The translations under genes and the position numbers were made by a program. Shown here one piece after another: positions 15,801 to 27,589 of a stretch of 64,000 nt of DNA. The stretch is from contig NC_042997.1 in assembly GCF_006345805.1 (NCBI RefSeq), forward strand, positions 122,450,001 through 122,514,000. The letters are read 5' to 3'. This DNA is from Octopus sinensis (Eukaryota). The notes under the pieces are model-generated. The model saw nothing but the letters and a program-made list of their open reading frames with translations. It was not told where the DNA came from and searched no databases. The first letter of the stretch is position 1. Every line of letters begins with the position of its first letter.

Positions 15801-18127
15801 GATATATATAATTTTAAATACTATAGAACCCATGAAAATAGAATCTACGATCTGCGTCAGAGTGCTAAAAATATTTCAAAGAATTGTCTTTAGAGCGAAA
15901 GCACAAATACTTGAGCAAATAAATTTAAAAGTAAAAAAAAAAGAAGTTTAAAACAAGTAAGACGTATGCGTTTGTTGTTAGGACCTAAATATACTTGACA
16001 AAGAAAAACAGGAAAAGATGAAAAGTCTAAAAAGGAAACAGAAAGAGAAAACAAAACTTCCATTGAGCGAAATTGCAAGTATAGTTACTTTTATGGCACT
16101 CTAAATAAAATGGTAGACGAAAATAGTAGGTGAAAGGAATTGTGGTTTGGCAATTCAGTGCTGCAACCTAAAGGGAGATAATGCGTGGGAGTCATCGTAC
16201 GTATCAGTATTATGCGTGCATGTCTATCTGTAAATAGTGATGGGAAGTTGTCTTTATACGTCACACTTCGAAATCCGATGCAGTAAATAAGTATTCTAGA
16301 GGTCCAAAGTAAATTATGTCTCCTATAGAACATTCTCGCAAGAATAGGAGCCTGTGCTTTCAAGGTCTACTCTGTGTAATAAACTTCAGACCAAACTGCT
16401 ATTAAAAGATTTTTGCGCCGCAACAATTATGCGCAAATTCTTACTTTTACCATGAAAGAAGCTGTGACTGCTTTACTAAACTAAGTGTAAAAGTACAATT
16501 ATACCTTAATATCTGCCAAACTGAAATGAGCACATTCTTCTAACTAGCAATATAATCAATTATTTTTACCGATAAAGTGGGTGCTGCGATGTTGCACTCT
16601 GATGTCTATAAAACCGAAGCTTTTTCTAAACACTACAACATTTATTCAATCTAAATGCTTTAAAACTCCAATCTAGCAGCCACATACTCGTGACTGTAGA
16701 ATAATACTTTTCTGTTTGCAGCTTCTTATCCACATTCGCGGTACTTAAAAATTGTAGCATTCTTTAGAGCCGTCTCTCTTCTCCTGGCCACTTCCAGCTC
16801 ACTCTTAATATTGAATATCACAGCACTTATTAACATTTCACTATTTCCTAGCTTAGTATCTCCACTATGCTCCTTGATGTAAAATTCATCTCAACCTGGT
16901 TTCATTTGTCATGGAATGGTCTAGGAAAAGATGTATCTCAAAGCGCGATATTTTTTCATTTATGGTGAGACAAACATTTCACAGTTCATAGGAACCAACG
17001 CAAAACTATACGGATGTCATATCAATAATTGTTTCGAGATCATATTTCAATCCTTCAAACAACTCAAAGCCCTCATCACATATAAATTCAAGTCTCTCAG
17101 TTTGTTTTCGCTGTCTCTCTCACTTTTGTAAATTTTCTATATTATGTACCCCTCGGCCAATACCACCTCAGCAAATGGCTGAAACAAGTAAAAGAGTAAC
17201 CAACTTTTGTATTTAAGCACTGCATCAATAGCATTTGGAATATTAAAACATTTGGGAAACCCTCATATATAAATCGTTATATAAATCTTACCAATTTCCC
17301 TCCTGATTCAGTTCACATTTTATCCCACGAATCAAAACCCAAATCCATACCTCACGTCTCTTTCTTTCACTCCGCAATTTCGACCAAATTTAAGACTCAC
17401 TCTCTACGCATTGTTCATAATTTCACTCTGTGGCAAACACCAATTATTATTCGAAGCCATACGCACTGCTCTCTCAGATTCGACTGGAATTCCAACCTCT
17501 TAGTCAAACTCCAATTTCCTACACTTATTACTCCTTTACTTTAAATTTCCAATGTACCATTCATCGCTACTTCCGGCACATTTAATTTTGACATTATTTT
17601 CTAACCATTCTTTGATCAATATCTACTTTAAAATTCTGCTTGATTTAATAGTCCACAGCTTCGAATACATCTACGTATCCTACTCACCTTTCCCACTACT
17701 CACTTGAGACACTAGCATGTAAATTCATGCTGATCACAACCACCTTTAAAAGAATTGTTGTTTTTTTAATTTATTATATCACGGTTCGAATCACATGCAC
17801 TGCCAAATAAACCATCTACTGTATTAAACACTAACTAAAACATTCCTGCAATGTATAAAACAATTTCTTTTCGGGAAATGGTCACATCTATAGTACTGAT
17901 CAAAGTCTAAAAGTGATGCGATAGCGTAACAACGCCTGATGGAAGTCATTACAATCGTACATACTTCTTTAAGAGAAATATTTAAGCAAAAATGCATACA
18001 AAAACACTTGCTACTTGCAAACTGAAATACAAAAGTTCCAGGAACTGTATCACAGAAAATAATAGAAAGACCTAATCACTATCATAGTGGGTGCAGAATC
18101 ACAGAAATGTTTCCAAAGTAATTCATA

Positions 18128-18300
18128 AGGCGCAGGAGTGGCTGTGTGGCAAGTAGCTTGCTTATCAACCACATGGTTTCGGGTTAATTCCCACGGCGTG
18201 GTACCTTGGTCAAGTGTATTCTACTATAGCCTCAGGCCGACCAAAGCCTTGTGAGTGGATTTGGTAGACGGATACTGAAAGAAGCCCGTCATATCTGTAT
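18128..18300 (+). mobile_element. SINE family A, 5' half (interrupted copy)
   Basis: AGGCGCAGGAGTGGCTGTGTGG head and CORE-like segment, ending at the internal TA repeat. Confidence 0.9.
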
Positions 18301-18311
18301 ATATATATATA

Positions 18312-18700
18312 TTAGTAGTATCACCCGGTGTTGCTTGGGTTTGTTTCGACCTTTTAAAATTGGAATTTTTGAAAAGTAAAAATTTCGCATTATGCAACTT
18401 GTTATTCTGTTCAAATGAACATTTTTCCAGTTGAAATACACAGAAAAATGGTGACACAGCAGTCATAAATCGTAAAAAAATAGGGATTTTCATAGAAAAA
18501 AGCACCTTTTTGATGTAAATAATTTTTGGTGTTAACATGGTACGATTTGAATTTTATCTTCTACAGAATGAAGAGCACGCCTTCTTCTAACATACTCTCA
18601 ATTTTGGTCAACTTGCGCTGCAGGGTTACGACGGAGATAGTGTTAGTTGAAGGCTACCAAACCTGCCACACACAGACAACTTCAGCTTTATATATATAGA
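18312..18700 (-). mobile_element. Non-autonomous Helitron
   Basis: On the minus strand it starts TC, ends in the hairpin CCCAAGCAACACCGGG followed by CTAA, and is inserted between A (18701) and T (18311) with no TSD. Confidence 0.8.
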
Positions 18701-18701
18701 T

Positions 18702-19427
18702 TTGTTACACACTAATTTCCATCCTTAATAATGAAACTTGGTTGATCCAAAAGTTAAACACACAGACACACACACAGATACACACATAGACACACAAGTT
18801 GAGTTTTATATATATAGATTCCTCAACGGGGATTTCAGGGGAGATTTTCAGGGAGTCGCTGGCGATGTATCGTGATGATCAAAAATCTGGCCTGCTAAAA
18901 TTTGGTTAAAGTGATTCAGACTGCAGACTCAACACAAAATGGTCACATTTAATTCAAAGCGTTAAACATGTTATGGAAACAATTGGTATGTGTTCACAAA
19001 GTCCAAACGATTAATACGAAAAAACCCTCCAGGCTACATCCTGAAAATTCATTTCTTTACCGAAATTCTACAATGTTTCCGGCGATTCATTTTTATATCT
19101 TGATTTTTCAAAAATTTTTCATGCAATTTGCGCATGCTTGCACGCGTGGTGAACACAGTTCACGTCAAACAGCTGAGTGAGTAAAGTTCACTATTTAATG
19201 CATGGGATATGGCCTAAACAAACACATTATCGATTTCTGCACTTGCGAGATGAATTTTGGAACAGAAATAGCGCAGTTCAATTTCCATTCGCCTAAACTT
19301 TAAGTGACCCAACTTTGGTGGTTCTACGAATTGTTAGCTAGGAGGAAATGTGCCGGGAAGTTAAACACACAGACACACACACACAGATACACACACAGAC
19401 ACACAGGTTGAGTTTTATATATATATA
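18702..19427 (-). mobile_element. Additional Helitron-like 5' termini/fragments
   Basis: A block of about 75 bp (AAGTTAAACACACAGAC...GTTGAGTTTTATATATAT) is repeated at about 18750-18818 and 19350-19427. The first copy has a minus-strand TC terminus at 18817-18818. Confidence 0.6.
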
Positions 19428-19650
19428 AGTGTGTGTGCATGTTTGTGTGTGTGTTTGTCCCCCAAACATCGCTTGACAAATGATGCTGGTGTGTTTAGGT
19501 CCCCGTAACATGGTGGTTCGGCAAAAGAGATTGATAGAATACGTATTATGCTTACAAAGAATAAGTCATAGGGTCGAATTGCTCGACCAAAGGCGGTGCT
19601 CCAGTATGGCGGCAGTCAAATGACTAAAACAAGTAAATGAGTAAAAGAAA
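19428..19650 (+). mobile_element. SINE family A, 3' half (completes the 18128 copy)
   Basis: TGTTTGTCCCCCAAACATCGCTTGACAA...GGCGGTGCTCCAGTATGGCGGCAGTCAAATGACT tail. Confidence 0.9.
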
Positions 19651-19673
19651 TACATATACATATAATACGTATG

Positions 19674-19707
<34 letters not shown>

Positions 19708-19799
19708 TATATATATGTACAGACATATATACATATACACATATATGTTTATACCCATATACATTCCCATATATACATATATATACATATGCATATAAT

Positions 19800-19843
<44 letters not shown>

Positions 19844-22800
19844 GACATATATACATATAGATATATTTAGTTATGTAGAGAGATAGATTGTTAGACACAA
19901 ATATGTGAGTGTGCTGAAAAATTATTGGCTTTGATTAAAAGAAAATACAGGTGTATATGTAGTCCATCATTTTATTTATGCCCTCTAAAAGAACTCGGAA
20001 TATTGGTCCTCGAACCATGATTTTCTTGTTGCCCTTGAATGCAGGAATTTTTCAGTACCCTTTGTATATATGAGAAAATTGAACATACTTCATAAGAGGT
20101 CATGTTTTACATCCTAATAATCAGGCTTATTCAAACAACAGTCACCGGTTTCGGAGCAAAGTTCCCAGATATACTTTCCACAGCAGCATACTAAATTGTA
20201 GCCGCACATATTGACTTTGATAATGTAATTCACTACAGCAGCGGTCCTGGCAGTGGTAAAGTTGCCAGTGGCTAAAAATTCATGGCAATCCATGTTTCAC
20301 GGATTTTTATTCATTTGTCATATTAACACGTCATATTCATGACTCCCTGTTCAGTGAGTCAGTTCCAGTAGAGCATCTGTAGCTAACTGTAATTGTAAAA
20401 AGTAAAGAACTTTTCATTCTATCACGTTCTCACAATTGTATGAAAATTATAGTTTCTGTGATTGTCGTAGCTTTCAGTCCATGTTAAACATTTTAAGATT
20501 GTACACAATGTAAATCAAAGCATAATACACCATTGAATTGCTGCTTCTCTATAAACACAGTTATATGACACTGTGTCAAATAGTGGGCTATGTCAGTCAG
20601 GTGCTATGATACTTGGTTATCCCATGGTGAGTCTGAAATCTCCATGGAATTTATATGCTATATGAAATAATTTGTGTCAGAGATTCCATTTAAAATATTC
20701 AATAAAATATTGCCAATTGTAAAGAATAACGAGTTAAATAAGACATTGTGTCATTTATTCTAATTGTCTCATCTTAGAAAATTGCTGCTCCTGGTATATT
20801 CTATTGTAAGTCGTAATATTTACATGAAGATTGCATCAATAAGAAATATTCATGCGATTAACAGATTAACAACTGGAGATAATAACTATTTAGCTTTAAT
20901 AAGTATAATTATGTGGAAATATGCAAATTTAGAATCCCATTTTTCTGAAGTGGTTCAGTGTAGGTAATTGTTATGTTTTAAAATCTGGTGATGGTGACTG
21001 CAGCATGAAAAATAGAATGAATTAAAGAGGTGATACTCGAGAAAGCTGTAGCTACATGTTGGATTTATTGATACATGATTTAGTGAGATTTAGTTGTTGT
21101 CACACAATAGTGATATGCTTGGAAGGAGAGAGAGACAGAGAGGGAAAGAAAAAGAAAGCGCAATACAGGAAAATAGAATGTGAGAGATTTGGATCGTAAG
21201 TTGGGGTGAATTTGGTGTATAGCTAGCTATTTTATAAAAGACTTCGACTTAATATCAATAAAAGAAATACTGTGTTTATAAACCAGTGATTGCCGTGCGT
21301 CGGTTAGTCAGCCTTTGTCAACAGCACATCCGAATGTGAAAATTCTATCAACGTATGACATTCGCCGCATTATTATTGGTTCTTTTTTCATTCAGATTTT
21401 CAAATATATACGAATATGTTTCCCAAACGATAAATGAGGTTCTTTGATGTTCTTGCTTTTCTTAAGGATGTTAGTGTTACGAGTGTAATGAAACAGCTCA
21501 AACGTGAATGGAAAGCGTACGGATGTTATATAGTGAGAACTGACCTTTTGTTCTCTGATATTTCTTCGCTCGCTACATCATTAATCATTTCTTTATAAAA
21601 CCACAAGTCATCAAATTTATCGGAGAAAGGGGTTTAGAAAGTATAAAGTTCGTTTTATAAAGTTTGATAGTTAACTGGTTTCAGTGATATGAAATATCTA
21701 CAAACGAATCTAAAGTTGTGGTCTCAGAACGGATGTGGATTGCAGCTATCTTTGCTTCTCAATAGTTCACACATAAATGCCAAGACATTTTATTTAGTAG
21801 GGTGATATTAATACTTGATTCGAATGCTTCAAGAAACTCCCTTACCGTGACGAATATATTATTTAATGAAAGCTATATTTTTTGTTTTTATTATTAAAAA
21901 AATCTTTGCTGTACTTAAACGAAGGCCTGAAATTAAGTAACATACCTTAACTGAAATAGGGTACAACTGAATCCGGTGACCCATTGTCCATTGGGCCTAC
22001 ATTGCTTTAATAACAATGAATATAATTGATAAACAATAGGCAGAACTACATAGGTGTGAGTGCTAGATTGATTCTCTCGTGAACATTTCAGCGTTTTAAT
22101 TGTATCATATTTGATTGTTATTGCAATGTTTTCGGGAAAAAAATAAAAATAAAAAGAGAAAATTGGTAATATTTTTCTTGTCAAAAGATTTGTTTAATTG
22201 GATGTTTATGTATTGCAACTATTTATTTTTTTCCTTAATTCAAACATTTTCTACTGATGACATCTTCATTCAGTTGTCATCGGAAAGAAAATTGTTATTG
22301 CTCTAAATATTTAATAATTCGTCATTTTTTGTAATATTTAATTATATTTTATTTGATTTACATTGTTTAATTTTAAATATTACTTTTGTTATTGTTTTGG
22401 ACAGTTTAAATAAAGGTTCGCAAATCATTTTTTCTTTATTTAAATGACGCAGCATTATAGGAAAAATATAATTTGTTATGTTTATATTATGGGAAATGGT
22501 TTCAGTGTGAGAATCATGACTGCGCGATGTGTGTCACAGTAATGAAATCATCATCTACCACTATATAATCGAAGTCACGAAAGTGGCTTGTAGAAACCTT
22601 ATTTCTGATGCATGCAAATTCAGACTTCTCATGAATAATATGAAGCATTTAAATTCAGCCTGGGGGAAAAAAGGGTTTCGGTAGATCAGGAAATACGCTG
22701 TAGTTATTAATCTAAAAATAAACATTGTTTCATTTAAAAATCCTTCGTTGTTATTGCTTTTAATACCTCTGGTGCAGGCGGAATGAAGCTCGGCTCATTG

Positions 22801-22875
22801 GTATTGATAAAGGAACAGTGCAACTAAAGCTGTGTTGCAGTGATCAGATAAAAGAAAATATCAATATGACTATCA

Positions 22876-23095
22876 GGGCGGCGAGCTGGCAGAATAGTTT
22901 TAATTATCGGTAGTTCATCTGCCTTTACGTTCTGAGTTCAAATTCCGCTGAGGTCTACTTTGCATTTCATCCTTCCGGGGTCGATTAAATCAGCACCAGT
23001 TATGCACTGGGATCGACGTAATCGACTTAATCGCTTTGTCTGTCCTTGATTGTCTCCTCTATGTTTAGCCCCTTCCCCTATTGGCTCTAAATAAA
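22876..23095 (+). mobile_element. SINE family B monomer
   Basis: GGGCGGCGAGCTGGCAGAA head, B box GAGTTCAAATTCC, central CATCCTTCCGGGGTCGATTAAA, and the CCCCTT tail. Confidence 0.9.
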
Positions 23096-23948
23096 TACGT
23101 ATATCTAACAATACATATAACATAACAAGGCCAAATGTTATGTTATAAATTATTAAAATTTCACATTGAATTATGGTTCAATTATGTTTTAACCAACTCG
23201 TTTGTAAATAATACTAACTCACAATCAAGAGGCTGAGAAATGAACTTTTCTCTCCTAAATTATCATAGTCTGTTTCACAATGAATTATATTATGCAAAAT
23301 ATCAGTTATAATATTTACAGATACGATAAATATTAAATATGATGCTTGGATATAAACAATACTAACGTAAATGAAGTAATAGGCTGTATGTTTCAGGTTA
23401 ATGTGCAGTGTGATTGAAATGCCCGTGGAATTTTACACTATATTTCAATATTTTTATGTCCACTGATTCCAATTTTATTATTCCAATACAATTTTAGATG
23501 TAATTTAGTTACTTCGAAATAATATTCGGTTTATGCTTCCTGAAAGTCTTATAATACGTATTCAAATTTATGCCTAAATTCACAATCGCATCCGAATAAA
23601 AATTATATACGCAAGTGCACACATATTGGTAACAAGAGTCAAAACAAGGACAGCCATCATGAAGATATTCAGTAAAGAAAGATTAAAAAAAAATAAAATT
23701 AGAGCAGACACTTAACTCAAATATATGCAGGTTTTATATGTGATTTACTTAGAAATAATTTGATGATCACATACTTTGTAGGCTGGCCAATGAGATATAA
23801 GTTAAACCTATGAGGAACAACCGATCATCCATGAAACAAGTGAAGTTAATCTCCAATATTTCTCTGCGAACGAGGCAAGTATCCAATGATAATAGTATAA
23901 TTCAACATAGTTGAGAATCATTTTATACTACTCCCCGTTTGTGCGTTT

Positions 23949-24027
<79 letters not shown>

Positions 24028-24037
24028 ACATGCATAC

Positions 24038-24077
<40 letters not shown>

Positions 24078-24512
24078 GAACACGAATTTGAATTATGGAT
24101 TAGAAAATAAAGAGAAATGATAAAATGTATAATTTCTGACTGACTGGTTGAATTGTATTACCATTTCCTACCGATATACGTCTGTTGTCTGTGCAGTATT
24201 AGTGTATGTCTATCTTAGTTGAAAAGTGGATATTCTGGAACATATTCATCTTTAGTGAAGTTTTGTATACGACACTAATCTATACATATATTGCCGGTTG
24301 TCGTTGAAGCAATACAGAGACTACAATTTAATTCACCATCAAAGACGCCAAGAAAAATATATTTGTTTATGATTAGACGCCATGCACAACTTCTGATTGT
24401 TATCCAATACATCAGACATATATCACTAAAATTGAAACACGCGCCGTATAAATTAGAACACCATTGTACTCACGCACACACGTGTGAGTGCATGGAACCG
24501 TACATTCAAATA

Positions 24513-24548
<36 letters not shown>

Positions 24549-24551
<3 letters not shown>

Positions 24552-24610
24552 CCAGCATGGCCACAGCTCGTGAGCTGAAACTAAATCAAATCAAATCAAA
24601 AAAAAAAAAA
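24549..24610 (+). mobile_element. Ultra-short LINE/SINE 3'-tail retrocopy
   Basis: GCCCCAGCATGGCCACAGCTCGTGAGCTGAAAC followed by (AAATC)n and poly-A, directly after (TA)n. Matches the 3' end of the LINE at 30732. Confidence 0.7.
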
Positions 24611-24616
24611 ATATTA

Positions 24617-24887
24617 TTTAAGAATAGGATAAAATCTCTATAAGAATTTATCAAGCAGTCAGCGTAAAAAAAAACATATAAGAGAAAAATTCTAAGAATT
24701 TTTTCACTTAAATATATATATTTATATTATGTAGAGGGCATTACTACACATAAATGCCCAATATATAATATAAAAAGATGTATTTTAGTGAAAAAATCGG
24801 TGGATTTTTTTCTCTTATGAGGTTTTTTCACGCTGACTACTTGATAAATTCTTATAAACATTTTATACTATTTTTAAATTGTAAATT
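24617..24887. repeat. Imperfect inverted repeat, arms of about 105 bp
   Basis: 24617-24712 matches the reverse complement of 24781-24887 (shared core ATAAGAATTTATCAAG(C/T)AGTCAGCGT). Confidence 0.8.
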
Positions 24888-25244
24888 AAATCGGAGTATA
24901 TTCAGTACTGAATTTTAATTCAGAATAAGCACGTTGTTACCGAAATGCAATTCGAAAACGCCCGCCGTTTACATTTCTATATGCCACGTTTGATACGATG
25001 TTTGTTCGTTTGGTACGTTGATTTTGTTCATTCATTATAAATTTTGAATTATGCTTGCACTGATGCGTAAAGAGTGCACTGCTGAACTGATTATGAAATC
25101 ACGTTGACCTGCAGTTAAATTCTCTTTTAAATTACGGGCTTTGAGAGTTGCATTCGGTACGATGTGTTTATTTATCTAAGTAGTTTTGACATTCAGAGCC
25201 CCTCCTAGCACGTGGCATTTATGTGTAGTAATACCCCTCTCTCC

Positions 25245-25325
<81 letters not shown>

Positions 25326-25424
25326 TTAAACGATATATGTGATATGTATATACGATATATATCGGTATATATAGACACAGGATATATATACATATATATA
25401 CAATATATATATATATATATATAT

Positions 25425-25814
<390 letters not shown>

Positions 25815-25887
25815 TAATATTTTACTATAAAATTGGATTTAATCCTAAATTAGATTTTTCCCTGTAAATTTGGATTTATTCCCTAAT

Positions 25888-25931
<44 letters not shown>

Positions 25932-26022
25932 GATATATATATATATACACGTATATATATAACGATATATATATATATACCCGGTATATATATATACGAT
26001 ATATATATATATATATATACAC

Positions 26023-26076
<54 letters not shown>

Positions 26077-26141
26077 GGTCCCGGGTTGAGTCGGGGTTAA
26101 CCACAGTAAATAAGGTACTCAATACATAACAGAGTAAATTA

Positions 26142-26273
26142 ATTTATTTTATAGAAGGAGCTTCTACAGGACTAGAACTGTTACATTCAAAAGAAATCAT
26201 CAGGAAGCTTCCTGATGATTTCTTTTGAATGTAACAGTTCTAGACCTGTAGAAGCTCCTTCTATAAAATAAAT
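26142..26273. repeat. Loopless palindrome, 66-bp arms, one mismatch
   Basis: Centre AAG|CTT at 26207/26208. The arms differ only at CAGG(A/T)CTAG. Confidence 0.95.
26206..26256 (+). ncRNA. Hammerhead-like motif (family 3), core variant, mirrored on the minus strand
   Basis: AGCTTC-CTGATGA-TTTC(TTTT)GAAT-GTAAC-AG(TTCTAGAC)CT-GTA-GAAGCT. Stem I 6 bp and stem III 4 bp pair. GAAAC is GTAAC and the base of stem II is a U-U mismatch. Confidence 0.65.
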
Positions 26274-26359
26274 ATATATAATATATATACGATATATATA
26301 TATATAAACGGTATATATATATATATATATATATATACGATATATATATATATATACAC

Positions 26360-26396
<37 letters not shown>

Positions 26397-26596
26397 GATA
26401 TATATATATATATATATTACACACGATATATATACACACGATATATATACACACAATATATATATACACGATATATATATATATATACGATATATGTAAT
26501 TACATACAAGATATATGTGATACGAATATACGATATATATATATACACACAATATATATATATGCACGATATATATATATATACGATATATATATG

Positions 26597-26627
<31 letters not shown>

Positions 26628-27589
26628 GTACGATATATGTATTATACGATATATGTAATTACATACAACATATATGTGATACGAATATAGTATATATCTA
26701 CGGATTCCCACCTCTATCTCAACTTCTCTTCCTCCCACCCCTTCCACACAAAACGAGCCATCCCCTACTCCCAGTTCCTCCGCCTCCGACGTTTGTGCAG
26801 CCGCGACCAGGATTTCGAGACCCAATCTCAATACCTGGCCCGCATGTTCAGACTCCGAGGTTACCCACCCATACTCCTCTCTGATGCCCTCACCCGCGCC
26901 CGTCGCATCGACCGCACTACCGCCCTGTCTCCTTCCCCCCCGCACCCCCCCACCGCACCCCTTCCCCCTCCTTTTCCACCCCTCTACCCTACCCCTCGTC
27001 GCAAGATACTACGTGCCTTCCGTCGCCTCCAGCTTGATCCCACCACCCGGCCCATTTTCCATAACCTACCCCTGTCCTCTTTCAAACGAGCCCGCAATCT
27101 GCGTGACCTCCTGATCCACAGCACCCTCTCTCCTTCCCCCTCAGCCCCACACGGATCATTCCCTTGCTCTAGATCCCGCTGCAACACTTGCCCCTTCATC
27201 ACAAACACCACCGCTGTCACCGGCTCCAACCTGCACACTGTACGCATTAGGCACTCTTTTACGTGCACCTCGTCTGGCCTTATTTACTGCATTAAATGCA
27301 ACCTATGCGGGATGCTGTATGTAGGACAGACGGGACGCCGGTTGTCCGACCGTTTCACTGAACACTTGAGGGACGTTCGCCTACACTCTCTTTCTCCGTC
27401 GCACGCCACTTCCGCTCGGCCGGCCATTCCCTAGATGACATCTCAGTGTTTGGTCTCGCCCCCCACCATGGTCGCCCACTTTCCAGGCTCCACTTGGAGC
27501 AACGCTACATCTTCACCCTACAAACTACCACCCCACACGGACTTAACACAGCCCCCTCCTCTTGAGATCCGTTTTTTTTTTTTTTTTGT

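Noticed and set aside
26187-26945. 252-aa minus-strand ORF
   Set aside because: Antisense of the PLE ORF joined to a TA repeat and a palindrome arm.
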